IMG/VR virus record: IMGVR_UViG_3300022602_000040
Strand: one strand, 5' to 3'
Source of the DNA: an uncultured virus (IMG/VR IMGVR_UViG_3300022602_000040)
Lineage: Duplodnaviria; Heunggongvirae; Uroviricota; Caudoviricetes
Length of the DNA: 64,000 nucleotides
The notes beneath the pieces are model-generated. The model was not told where the DNA came from, searched no databases, and worked only from the letters and a program-made list of their open reading frames with translations. Below are positions 36,302-46,389 of the stretch, one piece after another. Both the position numbers and the translations under genes were made by a program. Position 1 is the first letter of the stretch, and the number at the start of each line of letters is the position of its first letter.

Positions 36302-36781
36302 TTATTCACGTCCTGGACGATCACCTTGGACATACGCCATGTTAGAATCCGTTTCACGAACTTCAACACGAGTACACCACAGGCGCTTTGCTTCTTCCAC
36401 ACCATAGTTGGGTAGGAAGATTTCATTGATATAGTCGTAAAGGAACTCAGCGAGACCTTCACAACCAGTCTTTTCAACTTCAGTAATTTGTGCAAGACCA
36501 AGCTCACCAAGGCGCTTGATATCTGCATAGTGCGGATCGTCTTGTGCAAGAAGTAGCTTGTGGTCAAACCACTCTTCAAGCAGATCCTTTAGGGGACGAA
36601 GGCCACCGTAATCCATTGCCCAATTCCGAGCATCTAGCTCGTCAGTACCGAACTCGAAGTGAAACGAGAACGCATAACCATGAATCTGATTGCAATGCGA
36701 GTCAGCACGCCATTGACGATATGCACATGGCGCGATCTGACGGTAGGACTTAGTCGATGTATACTTGTATGGCTTACCCAT
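36302..36781 (-). CDS. queD: 6-carboxy-5,6,7,8-tetrahydropterin synthase QueD
   Basis: SHCNQIHGY, WAMDYG, FDHKLL, GCEGLA, VEVRET motifs. Confidence 0.88.
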   Translation of the reverse strand: MGKPYKYTSTKSYRQIAPCAYRQWRADSHCNQIHGYAFSFHFEFGTDELDARNWAMDYGGLRPLKDLLEEWFDHKLLLAQDDPHYADIKRLGELGLAQITEVEKTGCEGLAEFLYDYINEIFLPNYGVEEAKRLWCTRVEVRETDSNMAYVQGDRPGRE

Positions 36782-36834
36782 TGGTATTCTCCCTTTTGTA
36801 GGAGCAGCAGAATTTGTATAGCGGGATGATGCTG

Positions 36835-37317
36835 TTAGGCCGCTTCCCAATCAAAGATAATCCATCTCTGATCGGTATCTCTATCAATCGTTTTGTCGTA
36901 AAAGTCAACAGCAATATCCTGCGCAGTGTTATACCACATTGCAGCGATCTTGATGTTGTCCATATTTAGCTCAGCGTGGACTGACGACTGCCAATCCGCA
37001 AGCAATTCCCTAATCGTGTCACCGCCATCGACGATATCGTCGATCAGTAGGATCTTCTTTCCATCGTTAATGTCTTCTGGAATCCAGCAGTTGGATTCGT
37101 TACCCCACTCGGTATCGTCTCGTGTGTTCCACGAAACCATCACAACCGGAACCTTCAGCTTGTGTGATAGGTAAACAGCAGGTACAGCCCCTCCGCGAAC
37201 CACGCCAACAATATAATCAGGTCGATAGTGAGACGCCTTAACCTGACCAGCGATACGATCGATACCAGCCCGAAAATCGCTGTAGCTATAATCAATAACA
37301 GAAGTTGCATCTACCAT
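36835..37317 (-). CDS. type I purine phosphoribosyltransferase (xanthine/guanine PRT-like)
   Basis: IVGVVRGG, PRPP-binding LLIDDIVDGGDT, WIIFDWE. Confidence 0.9.
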   Translation of the reverse strand: MVDATSVIDYSYSDFRAGIDRIAGQVKASHYRPDYIVGVVRGGAVPAVYLSHKLKVPVVMVSWNTRDDTEWGNESNCWIPEDINDGKKILLIDDIVDGGDTIRELLADWQSSVHAELNMDNIKIAAMWYNTAQDIAVDFYDKTIDRDTDQRWIIFDWEAA

Positions 37318-37523
37318 TAACCTTCATCCTCGTCTTCATCGTAAATCCATTCATGGTTTTCATCTACATATCCATACTTGTGGAGAGTTTCGTAGATGTT
37401 ATTTACATCATCTCCTTCCGTAATGCGGTATAGCATGTATGCTAGCGTATCAGCTCTTTCAGCCCACTTACTAACATGACCAAGAGTCACGTCAAGCATT
37501 TTAAAATAAGGATCGTTAGACAT
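37317..37523 (-). CDS. hypothetical protein
   Basis: Coupled between queE and PRTase. Confidence 0.6.
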   Translation of the reverse strand: MSNDPYFKMLDVTLGHVSKWAERADTLAYMLYRITEGDDVNNIYETLHKYGYVDENHEWIYDEDEDEG

Positions 37524-37524
37524 C

Positions 37525-38466
37525 TTACGTTCCGATCTTGTTGCCATAAATGTATGTGTGAACTCTAGCAGATACGTTGTATCCACGGGCAAGAGCCATG
37601 TCCGAGACCTTTGCTGCAATGTCCGTCTGCTGTTCCTCAAGAGCACCGACTGGCATTAACCAAACAGGATACTTAACACCTGCTGTTCGAAACTCTGCTA
37701 TTACTCTTTCCAGCTCATCCCATTGACGCTGTTCTGTTCCTACAACAAACTTAAGCTGCCCAAAAGAAGAAATACTCTGGTACTGCTTTACAACCTCTGG
37801 TTTAATAGCTTTTTGGTTAGGTTCGCCGGATACGGTAAATAGTTTAGGAGAAACAGAGAATAAAATTTTACTATCAAATACACCACGGTTTGTAAAGTAA
37901 TCGATAGTTTCTTGTTTTAAGAACTGTGTACCATTGGTTTCGAATGTAATATGTCTTGGAGTGTTAGAAGCAAGATAATAAGGCATACCTACTACTGGTC
38001 CTCCCTTATGCAGCTTTAAGGCCTCCAGAATGGACACAATAGATCGTTGGTTTCGTGGAAGTAGAGGTTCTCCTCCCGTAAAACATAGATGTGTTTCTTG
38101 CCCGGATGTTTCATGAACAAAAGTACCTCGAGGGTTGTGTTCATTTGCCAACATTTCCATCAGTTTACGTGCAATATTTTCTGCTGTATCTTGATGGTTC
38201 AAGTGCTTAAACTTAACAGCCCAACTATATGAGGAATCACATCCCTTCGACCATACAGGTAGATCTTCGAGCCTGTTTACAGTCGTTGGATCAAAATCCT
38301 TGTACGGAAGGTCGTAAGTGTTGGGGTCAGTAGGATCCTTCTGCAAAAATCCAGCACAATCAAGATTACAATTGAACAAGCGAAGCCATGCTGTATTATG
38401 ACCAGTGAGTACACCCTCACCTTGCAAGCTATGGAACATTTCACTGTAAGTAATCAATTCACTCAT
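37525..38466 (-). CDS. queE: 7-carboxy-7-deazaguanine synthase QueE (radical SAM)
   Basis: EMFHSLQGEG, LRLFNCNLDC...GCDS, TGGEP, FETNGT, SVSPKL, RVHTYIYG. Confidence 0.92.
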   Translation of the reverse strand: MSELITYSEMFHSLQGEGVLTGHNTAWLRLFNCNLDCAGFLQKDPTDPNTYDLPYKDFDPTTVNRLEDLPVWSKGCDSSYSWAVKFKHLNHQDTAENIARKLMEMLANEHNPRGTFVHETSGQETHLCFTGGEPLLPRNQRSIVSILEALKLHKGGPVVGMPYYLASNTPRHITFETNGTQFLKQETIDYFTNRGVFDSKILFSVSPKLFTVSGEPNQKAIKPEVVKQYQSISSFGQLKFVVGTEQRQWDELERVIAEFRTAGVKYPVWLMPVGALEEQQTDIAAKVSDMALARGYNVSARVHTYIYGNKIGT

Positions 38467-38986
38467 AATTACCACTTTCTACTTCATTTAAAGAACAAAA
38501 CACTTTTTTAGATTCAAAACCACTTTGCTTAAGATGTGGATAGTTTTTATAGTTACCACACCAGTATCCTATAGTTGTAGGATGTACATTATATACTTCT
38601 GCTGCAGCAGCATACGAGGAGAACGATCCCTTTGGTGTTACAACAATATTACGCCATCGCGGTTTATCACTCTGTTTTACGTTTTCTATTGGAGCATCCC
38701 TCGGAGATGTATATTGTCTTTTCAGATAAGATGTTGCTTTGGTTAATAACTCAACAGAATCTTGGAAATGACCAAGACCAGTGTTGCATGTTGTGCACAA
38801 TAAACCTCTTACTAATCCTGTTACGTGATCGTGGTCTACTGCTAGATTCCGCCAATCTTCTCTTCCGCATATAAAACATCTACCATTTTGCTCTGAGAGC
38901 ATCGTTTCATATTGAGTAAGACCTATCCCATACTTTTTGCGTAGCAACGTATCATGATGTTTCTTACCTTTAACATGTATCTTCAT
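38459..38986 (-). mobile_element. free-standing endonuclease VII-family (HNH) homing endonuclease
   Basis: QNGRCFIC, LAVDHDH..G.VRGLLC..CN.GLG; C-terminal HTH; AT-rich; own late promoter. Confidence 0.85.
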
Positions 38987-39024
38987 TAGTACATCTCCAT
39001 CCAAGGGGTGATGTACTATTTATA
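38987..39024 (-). promoter_or_regulatory. late promoter TATAAATA with RBS-sequestering hairpin
   Basis: TATAAATA 39017-39024; TAGTACATC/GATGTACTA arms at 38987-38995 and 39010-39018. Confidence 0.8.
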
Positions 39025-39036
39025 ACAATTTGAACC

Positions 39037-39540
39037 TCACACCTTGGCTTTATTCCTCTGTTCTCTCTTGACCTTGTTTCTAGCCTGTTCCAAATGGATC
39101 TTGCTTGCTCTGAGAGTATACAGGATTCCATCCAAATGGTCAAGCTCGTGCTGGAAGACTCGAGCTGTCATACCATCGAAAATTTTCGTTGTCGTCTGTC
39201 CGTTCGGTTCTGTATAACGAACCTTGATGCGGCGTGGGCGCTTGATCTTGACAAACAGACCAGGATTAGAGAGACAGCCTTCTTCGAGAACGATAGTCTC
39301 TTCCGAATAGTCGACAATGCGTGGATTGAAACACGGGAGCAACTCGTCCGTATTCATAATGAATACACGATAAGGAAGACCGCATTGGTTGGCTGCGAGA
39401 CCAACGCCACCATTAGCCAGCATCGTCTCTGCTAGATCTGATGCAAGGTCGAGGGGATTGACAGGTGGGTTGGTAAAGTCGAAGGGCTCCAATTCCTGTT
39501 TGAGGATTGGATCGTTGCAATTCACTAGATCAAGAATCAT
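39037..39540 (-). CDS. def: peptide deformylase
   Basis: GVGLAANQ, EGCLS, QHELDHLDG motifs. Confidence 0.96.
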   Translation of the reverse strand: MILDLVNCNDPILKQELEPFDFTNPPVNPLDLASDLAETMLANGGVGLAANQCGLPYRVFIMNTDELLPCFNPRIVDYSEETIVLEEGCLSNPGLFVKIKRPRRIKVRYTEPNGQTTTKIFDGMTARVFQHELDHLDGILYTLRASKIHLEQARNKVKREQRNKAKV

Positions 39541-40054
39541 ATTGTAGTCCTAATACTTCGAAGATTGTTTCACGAGCTTTGTAGTTGGCTGGGATTTCGA
39601 TATAGGGATATCCGTTTTCATTAAGGAAACGCTTGACCCACTTGTCGATTTCGATAGCCTCTTGCTCTGTTTGTCCACGACCTACAGCGTGATATGGTTT
39701 CTCGCGAACAAGCATGATGTTGATGTTATCATACGTGTCGTATACTTCTCGCATAAGGTTGCGGAAGTGTTTGGGTAGGTAATTGGGTTTAGCATATGCT
39801 AGAGCAAGAAGTAGAGGGCTGTCAGTGATGGCCCAATCTACTTGATCCTTGATTCGTCCGAGCTTACGATTCTGCTTAGCTGTAATATATAGCTGGTCTT
39901 CTAAGATCGTATGACGACCTTCCCAGACTACTTCCTTGGCGTATTCACTAACGAGCTCGACGTTGATGTTGTTCCACTTCATCAGAGCGAACAGATCGGC
40001 GGCCGTAGTGGACTTACCTGTACCAGGACCGCCGTATAGGTTGATTACTTTCAT
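39530..40054 (-). CDS. P-loop nucleotide kinase-like (NadR/AAA_28)
   Basis: GGPGTGKST, EYAK, ITDSPLL, GRGQ...A.EID. Confidence 0.8.
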   Translation of the reverse strand: MKVINLYGGPGTGKSTTAADLFALMKWNNINVELVSEYAKEVVWEGRHTILEDQLYITAKQNRKLGRIKDQVDWAITDSPLLLALAYAKPNYLPKHFRNLMREVYDTYDNINIMLVREKPYHAVGRGQTEQEAIEIDKWVKRFLNENGYPYIEIPANYKARETIFEVLGLQYDS

Positions 40055-41766
40055 GCTGCAATCCTACTAAAGTTGGCATGCTTCTCAAAACGAATCACGC
40101 TGTGGAACTTGTCATAAAGCTGATCGCCCTTATGACTGATAATAAACACATTCGAATCAGAAGTCAACGACTCGAGGATCTTGAGGAACTCATCCGTACC
40201 ACTAGCGTCTAGCGATGAGTCGAACACTTCATCCATGATTAGAATGTTGGTAGAAGCACTGTTACGTAGCTTAGCAATTGCACGCCATGTAAACATGAGC
40301 GCCAAGTCAATACGCATCTTCTCTCCCTCAGAGAACGACGCATAAGAGAACTCATCCCTGAACCTCGACTTAATAGTTTCTTCGAACGATTCGTTCAACT
40401 CGAAATTGACGAAGAAATCCATGGAAGCGAGATACTTGTTGATCAGCTTGTTCATCACAGGTACATACTGCTTGATGATCTTCGTCTTGATACCAGTATC
40501 CTTCAGCAGAACGCTAGCAATATCGTAAAGCGCCTTCTTGTAGGACAGTGCTGCCTTTGATTCCTTGTAGTCAGCCAGTTCTTTCTGGTACTGCTTTGTC
40601 TCATCGACGTTGGTTTTGATCTTCTTACCCTGCTCCTGCAAGGCATCAATCTCGCCCTTGAGATCAGTGATGTATCGATTGAGGAATTTGATCTGCTGAT
40701 TGTTATGCTGAATCTGCTCGTTCAATGCCTGGATCTGTTTGTTGACTTTACTGATCTCTGTCAGTCGATTGTCGGTGGCGAGGATCTCATCTTCGAGCTT
40801 CTTCATAGCCAATTGAAATTCTTCTTCCTTGGCCTTTCTGCTTTCAATCGTTTCCTGTTTGAAATCGTGATCGATACCCTGCTTACACGTAGGGCAGTTA
40901 TCGTGATCGTGGTAGAATTGAATCTCTTTCTTGAGCTTACGCAGCTTGTCTTCGAAGTTAGACTCGAACTGCAGTAGCTTGGTCTTACGGCCTTCGACCT
41001 TATCCTGATCAGCAATCTCCTTGTTGAGAGCTTCAACATCAGTCATTGTTGAGTCTACAACGTCTTGATGTGCGGTGATCATGTTTTCGTGTTCGGCGAT
41101 CTTTGCTTTCTTTTGCTTGATAAGATCATCGTTGTTGGCTTGCAGTGAATCGATGTGCTTCTTGTGCAGCTCGATCTTCTGCTCGCATAGGTCGATCTTG
41201 TAATCAGCATCGAGTAGCTCTGTACGATTAGCAGCAACCTTATCCTTCAACAGGCTATTCATCACGGAGAAGATCTGAATGTCCAGCAGATCCTCTACAA
41301 CCTTACGTCGATCGTTACCCTTCATCTGCATGAATGGAATGTAGTTAGCAGAGCCAAGTACGACGATCTGTGTGAACGATTTAAAGTTTAGCTTGAGAAT
41401 GTTCTTCTCAAAGTCCTCTTGGTAGTCGCCAGCCTTAGCATTCTGATTGAGTAGATTACCATTCTGGTAGATCTCAAAAATGTTTGGCTTGATACCACGA
41501 CGGACAAGATAGTCCTTTGTACCAATAGAAAACTCGACCTCAACAAGCAGATTCTTACCCGTAATCGAGTTGACGAGCTGTGGCTTGTTGATGTCACGAA
41601 ACGGCTTACCATAAAGGGCAAATGTAAGAGCTTCGATAAAAGAACTTTTACCAGCGCCATTTTGGCCAACGACAAGCGTGGACTTCGATCGGTTTAGATC
41701 AAGCTCGGTGAATTGGTTGCCTGTGGATAGTAGGTTCTGATATCTAAGCTTCTTGAATACGATCAT
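40051..41766 (-). CDS. gp46: recombination endonuclease subunit (Rad50/SbcC-like)
   Basis: GQNGAGKS, coiled coil with CPTC hook, FSEGEKMRIDLA, DEVFD. Confidence 0.96.
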   Translation of the reverse strand: MIVFKKLRYQNLLSTGNQFTELDLNRSKSTLVVGQNGAGKSSFIEALTFALYGKPFRDINKPQLVNSITGKNLLVEVEFSIGTKDYLVRRGIKPNIFEIYQNGNLLNQNAKAGDYQEDFEKNILKLNFKSFTQIVVLGSANYIPFMQMKGNDRRKVVEDLLDIQIFSVMNSLLKDKVAANRTELLDADYKIDLCEQKIELHKKHIDSLQANNDDLIKQKKAKIAEHENMITAHQDVVDSTMTDVEALNKEIADQDKVEGRKTKLLQFESNFEDKLRKLKKEIQFYHDHDNCPTCKQGIDHDFKQETIESRKAKEEEFQLAMKKLEDEILATDNRLTEISKVNKQIQALNEQIQHNNQQIKFLNRYITDLKGEIDALQEQGKKIKTNVDETKQYQKELADYKESKAALSYKKALYDIASVLLKDTGIKTKIIKQYVPVMNKLINKYLASMDFFVNFELNESFEETIKSRFRDEFSYASFSEGEKMRIDLALMFTWRAIAKLRNSASTNILIMDEVFDSSLDASGTDEFLKILESLTSDSNVFIISHKGDQLYDKFHSVIRFEKHANFSRIAA

Positions 41767-41951
41767 TTACCATCATCCATTATTTCAAAATTACGTTGCT
41801 CATACCCTACGTTGTACGCAGCTCTGAGCCACTCCACCATTCGTTTGTATGAACCTGGAACACCCTCTTTGTGATGGTCGAGATCGCTGTAGAACCTCTC
41901 CCCACGCATACTGAACGCCTCGATCTCATTGAACCACTTTTCAAACGTCAT
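41763..41951 (-). CDS. hypothetical protein
   Basis: Small ORF between gp47 and gp46. Confidence 0.7.
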   Translation of the reverse strand: MTFEKWFNEIEAFSMRGERFYSDLDHHKEGVPGSYKRMVEWLRAAYNVGYEQRNFEIMDDGK

Positions 41952-41954
41952 GAG

Positions 41955-43016
41955 TTACTCCACGTACAAAGCTTCGTTATACAACTGTGTCATGAAAATG
42001 TCAAGCTCTTTTTTCGGAATACTCGTGTCGATTTGATCGACGACTTTCCGCAAGAACGTCAGCGTGTCCTCAGCCTCATTGACAATATCGGAGTCGTCTT
42101 CAAGATTGAGGTTGAAATGATCTTCAACAACTTGCAGATCAACGACGCCAGCTTTCTCCAGATTCTGTACGAATACATCGAACCAATATGGATTGGTTTT
42201 TTGACGAACAATCAGCTTTACGAACGAGTCTTTGTAATCAGAGAGATCAACGTTGAGCACTTCTTCAGAAGTTTTGTCGCTATCGTCATAATGAATCTTA
42301 TTAAACATACGATAGGGGTTCGGAACAAACTGAAGTTCGCGAGTATCAGTATCGAATATGTGGAACCCACGAGGATCGTTATAGTCCTGCCAAGTGAGCT
42401 CGTAAGGATTTCCGAGGTAATGTATGTTGCCGCGAGATGAGCGGTGGTGAAAGTGACCAGAACAAACAAGGTCAAATTTATCAAATATATTCGCTTCGAA
42501 ACCATGATCGGTGAATGATCCTCTGTACATTTCGAACCCCTGAATCTCTAGGTGGCCGAAAAGAATTTGTGCCGGTGTGTTTTGCAGATGGATCATTGAG
42601 CGTTCATAGTTACCACTACATACCCAAGGAAGATACGTGACACGGAGTCCATCTAAGACCGTATCAACAGCTTCATCGTAGATGGCAATGTTGTCGTAAT
42701 CCTTCAGAAGAAGATCAACCGAGTTGACTTCGTTTGTATTCTTGTATGATGTATCGTGATTACCAACGATGATATCTAATGTGATACCGCGCTCCCACAG
42801 CGGGGTAAAAAAGTATCGTCGACAATTGCTTAGCGTAACAAAGTTAATATACTTGCGGCGATCAAATGTATCGCCTAAGTCTACAACATGAGTTATGTTG
42901 TGTTTGTCGAGATATGGAAAAAACACATTCGTGTAGAATTTTTCCATGTACTCGCTAAAAACTATAGAATCGCCCCGTGCCCCAAAGTGCATATCAGTAA
43001 TAAGAGCCACACGCAT
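41955..43016 (-). CDS. gp47: recombination endonuclease subunit (Mre11/SbcD-like)
   Basis: TDMHFG, GDTFD, GNHD, GHLE, SGHFH motifs. Confidence 0.96.
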   Translation of the reverse strand: MRVALITDMHFGARGDSIVFSEYMEKFYTNVFFPYLDKHNITHVVDLGDTFDRRKYINFVTLSNCRRYFFTPLWERGITLDIIVGNHDTSYKNTNEVNSVDLLLKDYDNIAIYDEAVDTVLDGLRVTYLPWVCSGNYERSMIHLQNTPAQILFGHLEIQGFEMYRGSFTDHGFEANIFDKFDLVCSGHFHHRSSRGNIHYLGNPYELTWQDYNDPRGFHIFDTDTRELQFVPNPYRMFNKIHYDDSDKTSEEVLNVDLSDYKDSFVKLIVRQKTNPYWFDVFVQNLEKAGVVDLQVVEDHFNLNLEDDSDIVNEAEDTLTFLRKVVDQIDTSIPKKELDIFMTQLYNEALYVE

Positions 43017-43714
43017 TAAATATATCTCCACACATTCCCATTGTCGTTTTTATTAGTTCTGCAGTACAAACGTACAACAGTCGGTGTAATACAGAAATAC
43101 TCAGCCGCCATTTTAGCAGTAGGAAAAGTCAATTCTCCAACAGCTACCTGTCTCTGAGGTCTTGAGTAAGGCTGCTTGTTTTTACTACCCACCTTCCTCC
43201 CTGATACCTTACGTGTCAACATAGAAACTGTAGGTGTTTGCCATCTTTTTTTCATGGTATTTGAGCTAGAAGAAAAGTTTCGCTGGCGTAGTCTTTCTTT
43301 CTTTTGCTTTCCTTCTGGCGAATTCCAATATTGTTTAGTTTTTTCTGAAAGCAATTTCTTTGTAGTATCGGTTTTCACTACAGAGCAAAAACCGGTTGTA
43401 GCGATACTTTGATTAAAGTAATCTTCAGAAAGAACACCAAGATTGTTATGGAGAGCACACTCCTCACCAACAAGGTTAGTCGGAGTTATATCATCGAAAG
43501 TACGGAGAATCTCAAACAAAAACCTTTCTGGGTAGTGTTTTGTTTGAGATTTCCACCAATCTTTCAGACTCATACCATCAGTATACTCAAATACTTTATT
43601 GCTTGATACCGATCCCATATAACCAGGTTTCCAGCTATATTTAGAACCAACATAGTATTTGGGATACGAGGTTCCGATATGCGGAAGGTATGTAATTTTA
43701 TACAACACGTGCAT
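43016..43714 (-). mobile_element. free-standing Seg-like GIY-YIG endonuclease
   Basis: LYKIT...YYVGSK...YMGS, E..LH, YFN; C-terminal HTH; AT-rich. Confidence 0.8.
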
Positions 43715-43715
43715 G

Positions 43716-43740
43716 ATAGTACTCCTTTGTACTATTTATG
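43716..43740 (-). promoter_or_regulatory. late-promoter variant CATAAATA with RBS hairpin
   Basis: ATAGTAC-AAAGGA-GTACTAT stem encloses SD; promoter overlaps 5' arm. Confidence 0.65.
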
Positions 43741-43765
43741 TCTCTCAAGTACGTGTCATGGTATT

Positions 43766-43945
43766 TTAGCGTTTCTTTATCTTCAACTGTCCGTTGCGAT
43801 AGTCCTTAGCAGCTTGATCGCAACAATCCCGAATGTTCTCAATGTTCTGTACGTAGTTGAACCTGATGTGTTCGGGGGTCTTTGGATCTTTAATTGTTTC
43901 GATATACTGCTGGACGATAGGTGGTAGCAGATTAATCTTCGCCAT
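43766..43945 (-). CDS. hypothetical protein
   Basis: Overlaps gp55 end, GGAG/GAGG RBS. Confidence 0.65.
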   Translation of the reverse strand: MAKINLLPPIVQQYIETIKDPKTPEHIRFNYVQNIENIRDCCDQAAKDYRNGQLKIKKR

Positions 43946-44504
43946 CCTCATCTCCTATAAATTTCTCGACCCCAGTCTTCTTGGTACTTCCTCTAGGCTT
44001 CTTTACAGATGGTTTAGCATCGTACTTTTCTGTCAGACTAGACAGCTTGTCTAGGTCCATACTGACAACAAATGCCTGGAAGTGAGACGCATCGTCAGGG
44101 GCCATCTCTACTAATGAATTCATGACCATGGAGTTTTCCATCGACTTATACTTAACGTATTGCTGCTTCTTTTCCTTGTCAATGCGCCTTAGAAAAGCAT
44201 AGTACATGATTTGGGTGAAATAAGCAAACGGATTCTTTGTCTTGTCAGGATCAAAGTTGTGAATGTATCGAAGTGTGTTCTCAATAGCATCACCAATCAT
44301 CTCATCACGGTATGTGTATCCGATGAAGTTACGATTGGTCGATAGTCTGTTGGCAATAAGCCAAATACACTCACCGATGTAATTGCTTACCTTAGGTGGC
44401 TCTTCGTCCCTTTCTTTCGCCAAGTTATACGCGCTGATGTACTTAACCATCTCTGTGTATAGCTTCTTGTTATCAACATAATGTTGGGGCTGCTTAGCCA
44501 TCAA
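43932..44504 (-). CDS. gp55: late-transcription sigma factor
   Basis: HYVDNK, YIGEC, NFIGYTYRDEMIGD, NPFAYFTQI.YYAFLRRI.KEKKQ. Confidence 0.96.
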   Translation of the reverse strand: MMAKQPQHYVDNKKLYTEMVKYISAYNLAKERDEEPPKVSNYIGECIWLIANRLSTNRNFIGYTYRDEMIGDAIENTLRYIHNFDPDKTKNPFAYFTQIMYYAFLRRIDKEKKQQYVKYKSMENSMVMNSLVEMAPDDASHFQAFVVSMDLDKLSSLTEKYDAKPSVKKPRGSTKKTGVEKFIGDEDGED

Positions 44505-44917
44505 TGTATTTCCTTTGATCCCGAACCAGCCATCTTTTGCAAGATATCAGATAGCTTCCGTGAAGAAGCTCGTTCCTCTTGCATCATCTCCTCAAGAACT
44601 GTAACAGCTCTTCGGATCTCTTTTTCGATGAACGGTCTATTGAATTGCTTGTTATAAACCACCGACTTGGTGTAATACTCAGCGAGAGCGTCGATTGGTG
44701 TGATATGAGATATCACATGCTTGGCCGGTATCGACATAACTTCGTCTGTCGATAGCATCAGGGCATCGCGAAGACGCATGCCGACACCGCCATCATCGCG
44801 CCCATCGATGATGTACATGGGGTCTATCATATTATAATATTCCGATTTAGTCCACATGGATTCTTCCAGCGAACCAATGATTTCGCTTCCATTAGAAAGT
44901 TTGAGTATCAGGATCAT
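44501..44917 (-). CDS. conserved hypothetical protein (Sm-like N-terminus)
   Basis: LKLSNGSEII; usual position between uvsW and gp55. Confidence 0.75.
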   Translation of the reverse strand: MILILKLSNGSEIIGSLEESMWTKSEYYNMIDPMYIIDGRDDGGVGMRLRDALMLSTDEVMSIPAKHVISHITPIDALAEYYTKSVVYNKQFNRPFIEKEIRRAVTVLEEMMQEERASSRKLSDILQKMAGSGSKEIH

Positions 44918-46389
44918 TTTAGCCCCACGTTGTATATCTTGTATTCGAAGCGCTGATCGTCATAGATCTTTGCGCGTTCTTCAAAATGCTTTAACGTGTG
45001 ATTCTTGCTTGCGCCATAGCTCAAGTCATCAACCAGATCGTAAAGCACGGCACCATCGACAGCCTTTTCTTCGTGCTGTCTGAGCATACGGCCGATTGCC
45101 TGCAGCAGCTTGATCTTCGCTTTAGAAGGGTGAGCAGCAACCATATGCTTGAGCCTATTTATCGACACACCAGTCGCAGTTGTCCCCACAGAGGCGAGTA
45201 GGATTGCATTCTCCTCCTCTTCGATAGCTTTACGAATAGGTTCGCGGTCTTTGACGGTGCCATCGATATAGAATACGTTGGCATGATCCTTCAGCATGTC
45301 GTGCAGAATAGATCCGTGCTCTTGGAATCTGAAGAACACCAGTTTGTTCTTTTCTAGCGAAAGAACAAGGTTCTTAATGAACTTATTACGAGACTCGTTC
45401 TTAGTGATAAAGTCGATCTCTTCAGGATACGTCTTTTTCTTCTTCGTTGAGGGATTAGCCTTATTGAATTCCTTACGTACCTGTTCTGGATACTTCAACA
45501 CGATACACTTGATCTTGATGTCTGCAGCGTATCCATCATCGATCAATTCACGTGTGGTAGTGGTGACGTGTCTTGGGCCGAACAACCCTTCGATCGTCAT
45601 CTGGTTGAGTTTGTTGTCGTCTAGTGTACCAGTTGTACCAAATCGATAGGGTGTGTTCTCCATTGACGTCATAATCTTGATCATCGTAGGAGCTTTGGCC
45701 CCATGAGCCTCGTCACCGAACACACAGCCAAACTGATCGAACCAAGCCTTCGGTGTTTTCTTTTTACCGTTGTCAAGTGACTGCCATGTGGTTATGACGA
45801 AGTCTGCTTCGATGTGGTTGTCCTTGAGGAGTCCGTCTTCAGACGTGTGAATCTTCCCTGTGAAGCCGTATGAACGGAAGTCTGACTCCATCTGGCGTAC
45901 TAGACCAGTTGTGGGCACGATGATCAACGTTTTGAGTTTGTACCACGTTGCAATCGCATAGATCATGAACGACTTACCAGACGACGTAGGTGAAAGCAAC
46001 GTGCGCCTACCTGTGCGTAGGCATTTTACAATGGCTTCAACCTGATAGTCTCTGCGCTCCAACCAGTCTGGTAACTGAAGGCTGTCGAGGTGTTCTGTTA
46101 CCTCATTGACTGATACGTTTGCGTAAAGCAGTTGGTCGTCAAACGAAAACGAGTACTGATTCCAATCACACCACTTCTTGATTTGTAGTGCAAGTCCTCT
46201 ATACACCAGACATGTTAGCTTGTTCAGCAAACGAATCTTACCATCCCAAACACGTGCTTTGTACTTAGGATCGAACTTGTAGTTTTCTTTGAAGTAAGTA
46301 AAGTACTCGGACATCTCCATAATGATGCCAGAGTCGGCCCTTATGCGGACGTATACCTCGTTTACATATTCTAAATGAACGTCAGACAT
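44914..46389 (-). CDS. uvsW: SF2 DNA helicase UvsW
   Basis: WDGKIRL, RDYQ, SPTSSGKS, DEAH, GTTGT, QAIGR.LR. Confidence 0.95.
   Translation of the reverse strand: MSDVHLEYVNEVYVRIRADSGIIMEMSEYFTYFKENYKFDPKYKARVWDGKIRLLNKLTCLVYRGLALQIKKWCDWNQYSFSFDDQLLYANVSVNEVTEHLDSLQLPDWLERRDYQVEAIVKCLRTGRRTLLSPTSSGKSFMIYAIATWYKLKTLIIVPTTGLVRQMESDFRSYGFTGKIHTSEDGLLKDNHIEADFVITTWQSLDNGKKKTPKAWFDQFGCVFGDEAHGAKAPTMIKIMTSMENTPYRFGTTGTLDDNKLNQMTIEGLFGPRHVTTTTRELIDDGYAADIKIKCIVLKYPEQVRKEFNKANPSTKKKKTYPEEIDFITKNESRNKFIKNLVLSLEKNKLVFFRFQEHGSILHDMLKDHANVFYIDGTVKDREPIRKAIEEEENAILLASVGTTATGVSINRLKHMVAAHPSKAKIKLLQAIGRMLRQHEEKAVDGAVLYDLVDDLSYGASKNHTLKHFEERAKIYDDQRFEYKIYNVGLK

Noticed and set aside
33662..38466. Queuosine tRNA-modification pathway
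   Set aside because: No queC, queF, queA or canonical zinc-binding tgt in the window; location among replication genes favours DNA modification (not fully excluded)
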